Program-made: the position numbers and the translations under genes
NCBI GenBank assembly: GCA_963707985.1
Contig: CAVPRW010000029.1
Span: 64,001-128,000 of the forward strand
Direction: 5' to 3'
Length of the DNA stretch: 64,000 bases
From: an uncultured Nitrospinota bacterium
Lineage (GTDB): Bacteria > Tectomicrobia > Entotheonellia > J063 > CAVPRW01
Notes under the pieces: model-generated
What the model was told of the DNA's origin: nothing
The model's database searches: none
The model's input: only the letters and a program-made list of their open reading frames with translations
Part shown: positions 29,168 to 40,181 of the stretch, piece by piece
Layout: every line of letters begins with the position of its first letter
Position numbering within the stretch: position 1 is the stretch's first letter

Positions 29168-30661
29168 TACTTGGTCCCCTGGCCGGCGGCAAAGACCGCC
29201 TCGATGTAGGTTGCTCTGGAGATGAGTTGGGTTGCCGCCTGCTGCGCGAGCTGAAAGACAGGTTCTCCCACGAGGCCCAGCCCCACGCTGAGCAAGACCA
29301 GGAAAGCGGTGGGCAGGAGGAGATCCATATGCCGCACGGGGCGTGCATGCTTTGGCTTCTCCTCACCCCAAAACACGTAGACATAGATCTTGCTCATCGA
29401 TACCAAGGTCAGCAGGCTGCCGAGCAATGCCACCCCCACATAGCCGTACTGTTTTGCCTGCACGCCGGCCGTCAGCAGCGCCAGCTTGGCGAAAAAGCCA
29501 CTGAAGGGGGGCATACCCGCCAGGGACAGGGCCGCCAGCACGAACAGGGTCGCGACCCACGGATAGGTATCGAGCAGCCCCCCCATGTCGCGCAATTGCT
29601 GAGTGCTAGTGACGCGTTCGGTGATACCACTCACGAGGAAAAGGGCCGTTTTGACGGTGATATGATGGATGATGTAAAAAATTGCTCCCGCCAATGCCAG
29701 AGGAGTGTAGAGGCCAAGACCCAGAATCATATAGCCGATCTGGCTGATGATGTGATACGACAGGATACGTTTGAAGTGATTCTGCACGATAGCGCCCAGC
29801 ACGCCGACGATCATGGTCAAGGCGGCCAACACCAAAATGAGGCTATGGGTAAAAGCTGTGTCCTGCACGAACATAAGGGTGAAGGTCCGGATGAGGGCAT
29901 AGACGCCCACTTTGGTGAGCAAGCCCCCAAAAATGGCGGACACAGCGCTCGGTGGCTCCGGGTAGGCATCTGGCAGCCAGAAGAACAGCGGGAAAATCGC
30001 CGCTTTCACCCCGAACACAAAGAGGAACAGCATCGACAAGGCTGTCATCAGTCCCGACTGCTCCGCGTGCTCAATCTTGAGGGCCAGGTCGGCCATATTC
30101 AACGTGCCGGTCACCGCGTACAAGATCCCCACCGAGGCGACAAACACTGTTGAGGCCAACAAATTGAGCACCAGATACTTGAAGGATTCCTGCAGCTGGC
30201 CTGGTTCACCTCCGAGGGACAACAGGACATAAGAGGCGATGAGCATGACCTCGAAAAATACGAAGAGGTTAAACAGGTCTCCGGTCAGAAACGAACCATT
30301 GATGCCCATCAGCAGCAGATGGAACAGAGGATAATAGCCTCACTTGCTCCCGCCTCCGATCGATGTCACCAAACGAATACAGCAGCACCGTCAGGCCCAT
30401 GGTCGCCGACAGCACCACCATAATGGTGCTGAGCAGGTCCGCCACCAAGGCGATCCCGAAGGGCGGTGGCCAATTCCCCATCATCGACACTAGAATGCCC
30501 TCGGTGCGGACGTGCCACAGCAACGCTACGGCTGCCACAAGGTTGGCCACACCCGATACCACGCTGGCGATGCGTTGCAGGCGAATGCGACCCCAGCACA
30601 GCACACACACCGTGCCGGTGCATAACGGGATGAGGATCGGCAGTGCCACGAGGAGCGTCAT
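29167..30661 (-). CDS. mrpD: Mrp antiporter subunit D (apparent frameshift ~30340)
   Basis: GNWPPPFGI..VAD, FLTGDLFNLFVFFEVML, WLPDAY, LLTKVGVY. Confidence 0.9.
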
Positions 30662-30996
30662 TCCGGCGGCCTCCGCAGACGATCCAGATCGTCGGTCCCC
30701 AGCGACTGATAGGTTCGGTACACAAGTGCGAGCATGAACGCGGTGACCGCAAAGCTAATGACGATCGCCGTCAAGATGAGCGCCTGCGGTAGGGGATCGA
30801 CGTATGGTCCCTGATCCCCTTCGACGAGGATGGGAACCGCCCCACGCTTGAGCTTGCCCGTGGTGAGCAATAACAGATTGGTGCCGTGCGAAATCAGTGA
30901 GAAGCCGATGACCACTTTCAGCAAGCTGCGGCGCAGTACCAGGTAGGTCCCGGTTGCGAAGAGCACACCGATTGCCAAGGTCAACCACAATTCCAT
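30658..30996 (-). CDS. mrpC: Mrp antiporter subunit C
   Basis: DPLPQALILTAIVISF. Confidence 0.93.
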   Translation of the reverse strand: MELWLTLAIGVLFATGTYLVLRRSLLKVVIGFSLISHGTNLLLLTTGKLKRGAVPILVEGDQGPYVDPLPQALILTAIVISFAVTAFMLALVYRTYQSLGTDDLDRLRRPPE

Positions 30997-30998
30997 AC

Positions 30999-31415
30999 TT
31001 ATTCCTCAGCCAGCGTCATGATCATCAGCAACGTCCCGCCTACCACGACACCATAGACGCCAAGATCGAAAAACATGGCCGAGGCGATTTCGATGTCGCC
31101 CAGCCATGGTGCGTGCAGGTGGCCGAACGTACTGGTGAGAAATGGATACCCGAACACCATCGGCACCAGACCGGTGCTCAGTGACGTGGCCAGACCGATC
31201 CCTGCCAGCAGCCGTGGTTCGACGCGAAACACCCGGCGGACGTAACGCAGGTCCGAGGCGATGGCCTGCAGGAGAATCCCTAGGGCGGTCATCACCCCGG
31301 CGATAAATCCCCCACCGGGGCTGTTGTGCCCCCGCAACAGCAGGTAGACGGAAAAGAGCAGCACGACAAAGAATACCAGCCGCGTGGCCGTGGTGAGAAT
31401 CAATGAGCTCATCAT
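30999..31415 (-). CDS. mrpB: Mrp antiporter subunit B
   Basis: [20 protein letters not shown]. Confidence 0.93.
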   Translation of the reverse strand: MMSSLILTTATRLVFFVVLLFSVYLLLRGHNSPGGGFIAGVMTALGILLQAIASDLRYVRRVFRVEPRLLAGIGLATSLSTGLVPMVFGYPFLTSTFGHLHAPWLGDIEIASAMFFDLGVYGVVVGGTLLMIMTLAEE

Positions 31416-33732
31416 TGCTGCTGGTCCCGTTTGAGTTTGATCAAGGTGTAGACCCCAATCGCGGCAATCGTCAAAACGGTGATCTCGCCCATGGTATCAT
31501 AGCCCCGGAAGTCCACCACGATGACGTTGACCATGTTTCGTCCGCCGCCAAGGCGCAGGCTCTGCTCAAGAAAGTAACTGGCGATCGAAGGGTAGAGCGT
31601 GGCGCTGTTGGCGATGAGTACCAGGCTCACGACCAGCCCTCCGACCATGATCGAAACCGCCACATCGCGGCTGCGCACCCACCATGACAGCTGTTCTCGG
31701 CGGAACGGGGGCAGATACCGTAGCACCAGCAGAAAAAGGATAAGACTCGCGGTTTCGATTAACAATTGGGTTAACGCTAAGTCCGGGGCTCGTAACACGA
31801 CAAACAGGAATGACACTTGTAGACCCACCAAGCCCAGCGTCAACACGGCGGTCAGGGGCTGCTTCGCCAAGGTGACCGCCAGCGCTCCGATCATCAGCAA
31901 GGCCAGGAAAGTCGCCTCATAGAGCTCTACAGGGGCGAGGTCGAGTGTCCCCGATCGCCCTCCGGCTTTCATGACAAACGGGTACATGAAGCTAAGGACG
32001 AGAAATCCGAGCGTCATCATCACCGCGAATTTCAGGTAACCGCTCTGGAAGACCCGGGTGCACCACGTCCCAAGAGCGTCGATGGCCCTCATGCCGCGAT
32101 CATAGATCGCATTGAAGCTCACGGGTGGTTGCCTGGATGGCCCCAAGCCGAGGGCTGAGCCCCCGACCGCATAGAGGACGGCGCCCCCCAGGAGCGTTAC
32201 CAGGCTCATCATGACGGCGAGGTTCAGGCCATGCCACAAGGCGACTTGAGGGAGGGGCTGGGGGCCGAGGACACTGGCTACGGCCGGGGCCAGGAGCACG
32301 CCATCGAGCCAGCGCGGGATCGCACCATGCAGGACGCACAGACCTGCCAACAGGGCTGGGGCCAGGAGCATGCCTATGGAGGGATCGCGCAGATGATCTG
32401 TCGGGGTCTTCGGGGCTCTCCCCCAAAAAATGCCATGCACGATCGCCAGGGAATAGGTCACCGTCAGAAGGCTCCCGGCCATGGAAAGACCGGGGAGGAG
32501 CCAACCCAAGCCCGCGAGAGAGGGGGATGTCAGCAGAGCGTCGTAGGCCAATTCTTTGCTGAGAAAGCCGTTGAACGGGGGAACTCCCGCCATCGATAAC
32601 GCCGCAATGGCTGCCAGCGTCCCCGTCACTGGTAAGTGTGACCACAGCCCAGTCAATTCCCGGCGATCCCGGGTTCCTGCCTGATGCTCGATGATCCCGA
32701 CCAGCAGAAACAGTGCGCCCTTGAAGGTCGCGTGATTGAACAGATGAAAGATGGCAGCCCGCACACTTTCGGCCGTCCCCGGGCCGAAGAGCAACATGAT
32801 GGCGCCCAACTGGCTGATTGTCGAGTAGGCTAGCAAGGCTTTGAGGTCGTGTTGCCAGAGGGCCAATACCCCCCCGATGAAAAATGTCACCATGCCAATC
32901 GTCGTCACCGTATACATCCAGGCTTCCGCTGCCGCCGAGGACCGGAAGCATACGGCACACGAGGAAGATTCCCGCCTTGACCATCGTGGCCGAATGCAGA
33001 TACGCGCTCACGGGCGTCGGTGCGGCCATGGCATTAGGCAACCAGAAGTGCAACGGAAACTGCGCCGATTTGGCGCCAGCGCCGACCAAGACTAGACCGA
33101 GAATCACTGGGTAGAGCGAGCTGTCACGAATAGCTCCGGATGACATGGCGAGCTCTGGCAGCTCCAGAGTGCCCGCGACCTGAGACAGCATGATCAGTCC
33201 GCCCGAGTAGGGCCAATCCACCCAGGACCGTGACCAGGAGGGCTTGACGGGCACCATACAGTGACTCCGGCCGCGTCTGCCAGAAGCCAATCAGCAGGAA
33301 TGAGCTAATGCTCGTCAACTCCCAGAACACAAAGAGAGTGAGCAGGTTGGCCGACAGCACGAGTCCGAGCATCGCCCCCATGAAGCACAACAGGTAGGCA
33401 TAGAACCGGCTTTGCCGCTCCCTGGGTTCGAAGTAATAGTGGGAATACCACGTGATGAGCAACCCCATCCCAGCGACCAGCAGGGCGAAAAAGACACTCA
33501 ACCCGTCGATCCACAGGGAAAAGTTCACCCCCAACTCTGGGAACCAAGGCAGCGTGTAGCGAATTCCTTGGTCATGCGATGTTGAGGTCACGAAGGTGAG
33601 GGTGATGAGAAAGCTCGCGGCCGGTGGCACCAAGGCAATGCGCCCAAGGTGACGTCCAAGGAGGGGACGCAGGCACGGAAGCAGCACTGCTCCGAGCCAT
33701 GGGAAGAGGAAGATAAGCGCAACCAGGGCCAC
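31412..33732 (-). CDS. mrpA: Mrp antiporter subunit A (apparent frameshifts ~33200 and ~32925)
   Basis: [71 protein letters not shown], spread across three frames. Confidence 0.9.
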
Positions 33733-33792
33733 CCGCCGGTGTCTCCTCTCCTGCAGGGCTAGCCACCTTGTCTTATGCCGGTGCGGCAGCCC

Positions 33793-34503
33793 CTAGCCCA
33801 CGTGGCGTAAGGCTTCGGGCGGGCGGTGATACGTCGTCCGATCCTCGATGCCGACGGCGTGAAAGGCCTTGATACGTTCAGCACATTTCCCGCACTCACC
33901 GCAGTGCAAGCGACCTTTCGGGCAGATACAGGAAAAGGTCAGTTCGAGAGGCAGATCTCGACCCATCCTGATCACCTCCTCTTTTGACATTTGCCTGAAC
34001 GGCGTACGGACCGACAGCTGCGCACCCAGACCTTCGGACAGCACATCCTGCATGTGCCCATAGAACTGTGGTGTGCCATCGGGGAAAGGATTGGCACTGA
34101 GTGGCGCCGTGGCAATCGTGCCAATGCCGCCTAGCACGCAATATACCGCGGTTTTGGCCAGGAGGATGATGTTACGACCCGGCAGGTATACCTCGAAGTC
34201 GTCAGAGTCATAAGGTGGGACATTCTTGCCGGTCAGACTCCAGTGCTCGCCGTATATCTCGCGCAGGTCCATGCTGAGCGTTTTCAGCGGTTGGATATGG
34301 CTCTGAAGCGTTTGGAGCTTTTTGAGAAAGCGCCGCAGCCAATGGCGCTCCGCCTGTTCCCAAAAGAGCCCACAGCGGATGTATACCGGTTGCACCGTGC
34401 TGTATTCCTTGGCCAGTTCCCCGATCAGTACACCACTATCGAGCCCGCCACTAGTCAGCACGCACACTGCATCGTCGCGCCGGCGGGCAGCCCTATCAGT
34501 CAT
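33793..34503 (-). CDS. queC: 7-cyano-7-deazaguanine synthase (QueC family)
   Basis: SGGLDS PP-loop, YLPGRN, PFPD, TFSC...HCGECGKCAER zinc site. Confidence 0.85.
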   Translation of the reverse strand: MTDRAARRRDDAVCVLTSGGLDSGVLIGELAKEYSTVQPVYIRCGLFWEQAERHWLRRFLKKLQTLQSHIQPLKTLSMDLREIYGEHWSLTGKNVPPYDSDDFEVYLPGRNIILLAKTAVYCVLGGIGTIATAPLSANPFPDGTPQFYGHMQDVLSEGLGAQLSVRTPFRQMSKEEVIRMGRDLPLELTFSCICPKGRLHCGECGKCAERIKAFHAVGIEDRTTYHRPPEALRHVG

Positions 34504-34583
34504 AGTTGATCCTCCTGGTGTTCAGGTGAAACAATCCACGCTAGCAAATGTACCTAATGAAGTCAAGCGCATGAACCCTACGA

Positions 34584-34612
34584 TTGACGCGTCGCGTGGC
34601 CTACAGTATGGT
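34584..34612 (+). promoter_or_regulatory. Sigma70-type promoter of spoVG-trmJ (predicts a leaderless mRNA)
   Basis: TTGACG (34584-34589) - 17 nt - TATGGT (34607-34612), 7 nt before ATG 34620, with no SD sequence. Confidence 0.6.
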
Positions 34613-34619
34613 ATATCTC

Positions 34620-34919
34620 ATGATGAACATTAGCCAGGTGCGCATTTACCCATTCGATACCGGAAGCCTCGGCGGACAGACGCGGGCGTATGCCGACATT
34701 ACCATTGACTCCTGTCTGGTCCTCAAGGGCTTGCGCGTGGTGGAAGGAGCTGGCGGCGGGTTGTTTGTCGCTTTCCCAACCCAGCGTGGGCGGAACGGAC
34801 GCTATTATGAGCTGGTCGTGCCCGTCGATGCAGTCACGCGGGAGTACATTCGGACCACTGTGATCGATGCTTACAAGCAGTGGACCCTCAGCGATCTGGG
34901 TACAGCATCGCCATGCTAA
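34620..34919 (+). CDS. spoVG: SpoVG family nucleic-acid-binding regulator
   Basis: MNISQVRI...RAYADITID..LVLKGLRVVEG..GLFVAFP...Y.ELVVPV...RE.I...VI.AY. Confidence 0.88.
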   Translation: MMNISQVRIYPFDTGSLGGQTRAYADITIDSCLVLKGLRVVEGAGGGLFVAFPTQRGRNGRYYELVVPVDAVTREYIRTTVIDAYKQWTLSDLGTASPC

Positions 34920-35671
34920 TGGACGCAGCTCTCCAGCACCGGGTGTCTGTGGCCCTCGATAACATCCGCGTAGTGCTCGTCGAACCGCAGCATTCTGGGA
35001 ATATCGGGGCCGTCGCCCGGGCCATGAAAAACATGTCACTCAGTCGGCTCGTGCTGGTGAATCCGGTTGACCACTTGGCCTTGGAAGCGCGCATGATGGC
35101 CATGCATGCCCTGGATATTTTACAACAGGCCCAAGTGGTTGATACGTTGACGCAGGCGATCGCCGACGCGGGATATGTGGTGGGCACCACACGACGCCTG
35201 GGAAAGTTCCGACAGGCCCAGCACACCTCCCGCAGTATTGCTCCGCTGCTCCTGGAATTAGCAGCGTCGAATCCCGTGGGGCTGGTCTTCGGCCGGGAGG
35301 ATAGCGGTCTTAGCAACGACGAACTGGCGCGATGCCATGAATTGGTCACCATTCCGGCCCATCCGACCTTTGGCTCGTTAAACCTGGCACAAGCCGTGCT
35401 CCTGGTGTGCTATGAGCTCTATGTCAGCGCTGTAACTCAGCCTCTTGCGCCGCCTCCACTCCTCGCGACGACTGCTGAGGTCGATCGCCTCTACGACCGT
35501 ATGCAGCAGGTTTTGCGCCACATCGGATTTCTGCACGGCTCCAATCCGGATCGGATGATGGGTTATTTTCGCCGTTTTTTCGCGCGCTTCGGCCTGAAAT
35601 CACGCGATGTTAAAGTGTTCTTGGGGGTGTTTCGCCAGATCGAATGGTATATCAATCGCCATATTGACTAA
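34919..35671 (+). CDS. trmJ: TrmJ/LasT family SPOUT tRNA methyltransferase
   Basis: VLVEPQHSGNIGAVARAMKN, VFGREDSGLSNDEL, SLNLAQAV. TAATG coupling with spoVG. Confidence 0.88.
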   Translation: MDAALQHRVSVALDNIRVVLVEPQHSGNIGAVARAMKNMSLSRLVLVNPVDHLALEARMMAMHALDILQQAQVVDTLTQAIADAGYVVGTTRRLGKFRQAQHTSRSIAPLLLELAASNPVGLVFGREDSGLSNDELARCHELVTIPAHPTFGSLNLAQAVLLVCYELYVSAVTQPLAPPPLLATTAEVDRLYDRMQQVLRHIGFLHGSNPDRMMGYFRRFFARFGLKSRDVKVFLGVFRQIEWYINRHID

Positions 35672-36062
35672 AGTGGCTGAGCCAGGACCTCTCCAGAATT
35701 CCCTGCCGGCCAGGTCGAGTCCCCGAACCACCATGCCGATGTCCCGAGCTCAAGATATGAGCAATCGCGCCCGAGCGGCTCCAGCAACGGCCCGGGGCCG
35801 GTGACGGTGACGCCTAGGCACCCCCATCCATGGCTTGCCTGCGAAGAGGGGTGGTGCAGGTGGCGGCGATGGCGACGCACGGTAATCAGCCAGTCAAGGT
35901 CATTGCATCGACCTCTGAAGTCCTGTATGATTGAAAATTGTCATAAAGCCTTGATCATTGAGCCCCCGGCTGTGCCCGGGTGCGGTGCGGAGGGCGCCAT
36001 GCGCCTCCAGATGAGAGGTCGCACGATGGCCCCTGGTGTTTTAGCGCGGGACATCACCAGCC

Positions 36063-37010
36063 ATGGATCATGAGATACGTCATTCCCAACCAATGATCTG
36101 GTATCCAAACGGGCAACAGCAGGACAGAAGGGGTGTGTGGGATCGTCTTCCGGTAACGCACATCCTGTTCTTCTTGGCGACCCTGGTTACCACCACCTTT
36201 TTTGGAGCGTTCCATCACCATGTCAATCTCTTCCAAGAGCCCTGGAAGTTTTATCAGGGGTTTCCCTTTTCGCTGACCTTGCTGGCTATCCTCGGAACCC
36301 ATGAGTTCGGCCATTATTGGATGGCACGCTATCATGGCGTCCCTGTGACCCTGCCATACTTTATCCCAGCACCTTCAATCATTGGAACGTTTGGGGCGTT
36401 TATCCGCATCAAAGACGTCGTGCCTAACCGTCGCGCACTCTTCGATATCGGGGTGGCGGGACCAATCGCCGGGTTTGTCGTGGCGGTACCGGCCATTATT
36501 CTAGGGATTATCCTGTCCGAAGTCAGACCGGCCGTCGGGTTGAGCGATATTGAGCTAGGATCATCCCTGCTGTTCAATGGCCTGGTACAGCTGCTCCTGG
36601 GGGCGACGCCCCAGTCCTACGATGTCTTCCTGCACCCGATTGCCTTCGCGGGCTGGCTTGGATTCCTGGTGACGGCTTTGAATCTGATTCCTGCCGGCCA
36701 GTTGGATGGGGGACATATCATCTATTCGCTTTGTGGCCGCTGGCACCGGTTGGTGACGATCCTCTGCGTCCTGGCTATGCTCCCCTTGGGATGGTATTGC
36801 TGGGTTTGGTGGATGTGGGCCTTTGTGATTTTTATGTTCTCGGGACCCCATGCTGCCTGGCGTTACGGCTGGCGGTTTGCCTTCCTTCACCCCCCACTGC
36901 GCGATGAGTCAGCGCCATTGTCGCGCACCCAGAAATGCGTGGCTGTCGTCGCCCTGCTGATTTTCGTCATGACGTTCCCGCCCGTACCGTTTACCCTTTT
37001 CTTCGACTAG
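36063..37010 (+). CDS. Site-2 protease (peptidase M50)
   Basis: HEFGH, AGPIAG, NLIPAGQLDGGH. Confidence 0.92.
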   Translation: MDHEIRHSQPMIWYPNGQQQDRRGVWDRLPVTHILFFLATLVTTTFFGAFHHHVNLFQEPWKFYQGFPFSLTLLAILGTHEFGHYWMARYHGVPVTLPYFIPAPSIIGTFGAFIRIKDVVPNRRALFDIGVAGPIAGFVVAVPAIILGIILSEVRPAVGLSDIELGSSLLFNGLVQLLLGATPQSYDVFLHPIAFAGWLGFLVTALNLIPAGQLDGGHIIYSLCGRWHRLVTILCVLAMLPLGWYCWVWWMWAFVIFMFSGPHAAWRYGWRFAFLHPPLRDESAPLSRTQKCVAVVALLIFVMTFPPVPFTLFFD

Positions 37011-37139
37011 ACACCGATCCCCTAGGCACGTCACCGGATAGCCCTGAGGCTACTGAGGCTCACCGGGGAGAGCGACGAAGGGCATAGCGCCACCCTGCCA
37101 TCGGGCCGCAGCGTATACTGCTACGAGCTTTCTAGCCCA

Positions 37140-37255
37140 TTCAATTGCTAAAAATCATCGTTTATTATCAAAAAAATCAAAAATATATTGACAGAATTGA
37201 TGTATATGATATGTTCAGGCTAATTTATAAGTGAAAATGATATAAATAGAGGATA
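37140..37255 (+). promoter_or_regulatory. AT-rich promoter region of the pil operon
   Basis: A-tract UP-like element, then TTGACA (37188-37193) - 16 nt - TATGTT (37210-37215). Confidence 0.55.
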
Positions 37256-37359
37256 GCATCGCACGCAGGCTCGGCCGTGTTCGGTTGCACGTAGACCATG
37301 GTCTGTGGCGTGGGCTGCTTCTCTGATCTGACGACTGCAAGACCGGGAGATTCCAGCCT

Positions 37360-38430
37360 ATGTGGTTCCGACGCACGAAACCACTGATCGGCATCGATAT
37401 CGGCTCACATGCGATCAAGCTGGTGCGCTTCGCTCTCGCCGGAAACTCCTACCAACTCTGTGACCTGGCGCTCTTTCCGATCCCGCCCGACATCGTGGTC
37501 GACGGGGTGATCGGTGATCTGCCCGCCGTACAAGGGATGTTACGTCGCCTCATCACGCTCGAGCACATCACCGACAAGGATGTGGCTCTGGCGCTTTCCA
37601 GCCATTCCGTGATCGTCAAGAAGGTTCAAATGGTGTGGATGTCTGAGGAAGAACTGGCCAATGCTATGCCCTATGAGGCCGAACAGCACATCCCATTCGA
37701 CGTCTATGATGTCAACACAGACTTTCAGATCCTCAGTGCCCACGATACGAATCCGCCCAGAGGTGGGCAGATGGAGGTGTTGCTGGCTGCCGCCAAGAAA
37801 GGCCGCGTGGATGAGTTAAGCCAGGTGGCCCGCGGCGCCAACCTCAGCCCTGCGGTAATCGACGTCGACACGTTGGCCTTGATCAACGCCTTCGAGCTCA
37901 ATTACCCCGACGAGATGGGTGGTCACGTGATCGCGCTCGTCCACCTTGGGGCCAGCATGATGACGGTGCTAATCGTGAAGGATGGCTTAAGTACCTTTCA
38001 ACGCGACATTGCCTTGGGAGGTAATCAATACACGGCTGAACTGCAGAAGGCGCTGGGCCTCAGCCGTGAGGACGCGGAAGCCGTGAAATTGGGCGTGCGT
38101 CCTGAGAATCGGGCCCAGGTCGACGTGCTCACCGCCCTTCGGAGGGTTACCGAGGAAGTGGTGGCTGAGGTCCGGCGCTCGTTCGAGTTTTACCTGGCCA
38201 GTGCTGGAGACGAACCGATCGAGAGGTTGTATCTGAGCGGGGGGAGCAGCCGTATGAAGGGGTTGAGCCAAGTACTTGCGTCGCGCCTTCATCTCTCCGT
38301 TGAGCTGCTCAATCCCTTTCGACGCATCGATATCCCTGAAAAGTTCTTTGCTGTTGACTACGTCCACGACATGGGCCCCATCGCCGCGGTGGCCGCGGGT
38401 CTGGCCCTGCGGCAGAAGGGCGATCGATGA
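37360..38430 (+). CDS. pilM: Type IV pilus assembly protein PilM
   Basis: IGIDIGSHAIK, EAEQHIPF, LSGGSS, VAAGLALR. Confidence 0.93.
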   Translation: MWFRRTKPLIGIDIGSHAIKLVRFALAGNSYQLCDLALFPIPPDIVVDGVIGDLPAVQGMLRRLITLEHITDKDVALALSSHSVIVKKVQMVWMSEEELANAMPYEAEQHIPFDVYDVNTDFQILSAHDTNPPRGGQMEVLLAAAKKGRVDELSQVARGANLSPAVIDVDTLALINAFELNYPDEMGGHVIALVHLGASMMTVLIVKDGLSTFQRDIALGGNQYTAELQKALGLSREDAEAVKLGVRPENRAQVDVLTALRRVTEEVVAEVRRSFEFYLASAGDEPIERLYLSGGSSRMKGLSQVLASRLHLSVELLNPFRRIDIPEKFFAVDYVHDMGPIAAVAAGLALRQKGDR

Positions 38431-39020
38431 TTCGCATCAACTTACTTCCCGTCCGCCAGCTCAAAAGACAAGCGCTGCTGCGCCAGCAGTTGTACATGTT
38501 TGGCGCCATCATCGCGACCGTGTCGATCGGTGTGGGCGCCGTTTGGATCATGGACAGGCACGCCATGGCTCAACTGGAGGCGGAGCAAGCGGAGTTGCAT
38601 GCCAATCTCGAGCGTTTGAAACCGATCGTCGATGAAGTCAATGCGCTCGAACGCCGCGAAAAGCTGCTCAACGCCCGCATTGAGACGATCCAACGCTTGC
38701 GCAGCAACCAGCGCGGGCCAGTGCACGTGTTAGATGCCTTGAGCCGCAACCTCCCTGATCAGGCGTGGTTGGAAACGATCGATGAGAGTGCTGGCGTCTA
38801 TAAGGTAACGGGCTATGCCTTGACGAATTTCGCAGTGGCCGATTTGTTATGGAATCTACAACGGTCCAAGGAATTTACCGGAGTGGACCTGATCTCATCT
38901 GAGCAAGTGGTGATGGCCGGTCGTGAAATCAAGAAATTCATCATCCATTTCCAACGTGCGGCTGGTCCTGCGAAACCTGACGTCATACCGTCGACAGCGC
39001 AGCGGAGACCTGGTGCATGA
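38427..39020 (+). CDS. pilN: Type IV pilus assembly protein PilN
   Basis: MIRINLLP motif, one TM helix, coiled coil. Confidence 0.93.
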   Translation: MIRINLLPVRQLKRQALLRQQLYMFGAIIATVSIGVGAVWIMDRHAMAQLEAEQAELHANLERLKPIVDEVNALERREKLLNARIETIQRLRSNQRGPVHVLDALSRNLPDQAWLETIDESAGVYKVTGYALTNFAVADLLWNLQRSKEFTGVDLISSEQVVMAGREIKKFIIHFQRAAGPAKPDVIPSTAQRRPGA

Positions 39021-39625
39021 ATAGTTTACTGGAAAAACTGGAAGCCTTGGAGCCCAAACAGCGCTGGCTGATTTGCGGCCTGACGGTCGTATTATTGGCT
39101 GGCATCGGCTATTACCTGCACTCGATGCATGCGGAGAACTTTGACACTCTTAGCCTCGCCGTCGAAGAGTTGCGTCAATCGGTCCAGAAGCATCAGGCCA
39201 TTGCCCTTCGCCTTGACGAGCTGAAGGCACGTATAGTCGCACTCGATGACGCACTGAAGGTGGCCATCACGCTCCTACCGGAGACGCGCGAGATCCCTGA
39301 ATTGCTGACCCAGATCTCCCAATTGGGATCGAATGCAGGCCTGGAATTTCGGCTCTTCAAGCCCGAGGCCGAAAGACCATCCGACTTTTACGCGGAAGTC
39401 CCTGTGAGCCTAGCAATCTTGGGTTTCTTCCACAATCTGGCACGCTTTTTTGATCACCTCTCGAAGCTCTCGCGCATCGTCAACGTCACAGATATCAAGA
39501 TCAGTCTCGCCAAGGGGAGTGGTGAGGCCTACACCCTCACGACGAACTGTCTCTTAACCACCTTCCGATTTCTGGAACCCCAGGAAGCTGCCGGTAAAAA
39601 AGGTGCGACCCCAGCCAACCCATGA
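39017..39625 (+). CDS. pilO: Type IV pilus assembly protein PilO
   Basis: LLPETREIPELL, FYAEVPV, RIVNV, TTFRF. Confidence 0.92.
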   Translation: MNSLLEKLEALEPKQRWLICGLTVVLLAGIGYYLHSMHAENFDTLSLAVEELRQSVQKHQAIALRLDELKARIVALDDALKVAITLLPETREIPELLTQISQLGSNAGLEFRLFKPEAERPSDFYAEVPVSLAILGFFHNLARFFDHLSKLSRIVNVTDIKISLAKGSGEAYTLTTNCLLTTFRFLEPQEAAGKKGATPANP

Positions 39626-39641
39626 AAAGGAAACGTGCCCC

Positions 39642-40160
39642 ATGCCGCGGATCATGCTGGTGGTGATGGCCCTTGGTATGGGTGCGATGCTCACGGCGTG
39701 CAGCGTTGAGGAACCGGTGCAAACGGGAAGCCCCCCAGTCAAGCGTCGTCAGGAAGCGAAGCAACCGGCTTTGCAAGCGCTTTCGCCAGCGCCCGATGAA
39801 GAGTCCTATACCTATGATCCGAGCAACCGGCGAGACCCCTTCAAACCACTCATCGAGTCCACTCAACCGCCTGACCCCAGTGGTCCGGACAAGGCGAATT
39901 GCCCACCGACGCAGGAGTTTGAGTTGTCTAGCCTGAAATTGGTGGCGATTGTCTGGGGGGAGATGGGACGCAAGGCGATGCTCAAAGCGCCGAACGGTCG
40001 AGGCTATGCCGTGACTGAAGACATGCTTATTGGGCGAAACTGTGGGCGCATCCGTCGCATCGAATCCAATGCCGTGGTGATCGAGGAAACCCGTCGGGAT
40101 ACCGAAGGGCGGGTCATGCAAGAGGAGGTTGTCTTACGACTACGGGAACGTGAGGGATAG
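39642..40160 (+). CDS. pilP: Type IV pilus assembly lipoprotein PilP
   Basis: Lipobox LTAC, YDP..RRDPFKP, LKLVAIVW, IG.N.G.I..I. Confidence 0.9.
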   Translation: MPRIMLVVMALGMGAMLTACSVEEPVQTGSPPVKRRQEAKQPALQALSPAPDEESYTYDPSNRRDPFKPLIESTQPPDPSGPDKANCPPTQEFELSSLKLVAIVWGEMGRKAMLKAPNGRGYAVTEDMLIGRNCGRIRRIESNAVVIEETRRDTEGRVMQEEVVLRLREREG

Positions 40161-40181
40161 CCCACAGATAAGGGAGAGTCA

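Noticed and set aside
33793..34503. queC as part of a Qat, CBASS-IV or Dpd defence system next to the SMC genes
   Set aside because: It is an ordinary-length QueC, with no TatD, TGT/DpdA, cyclase or ATPase partners adjacent. The whole mrp operon separates it from the SMC trio.
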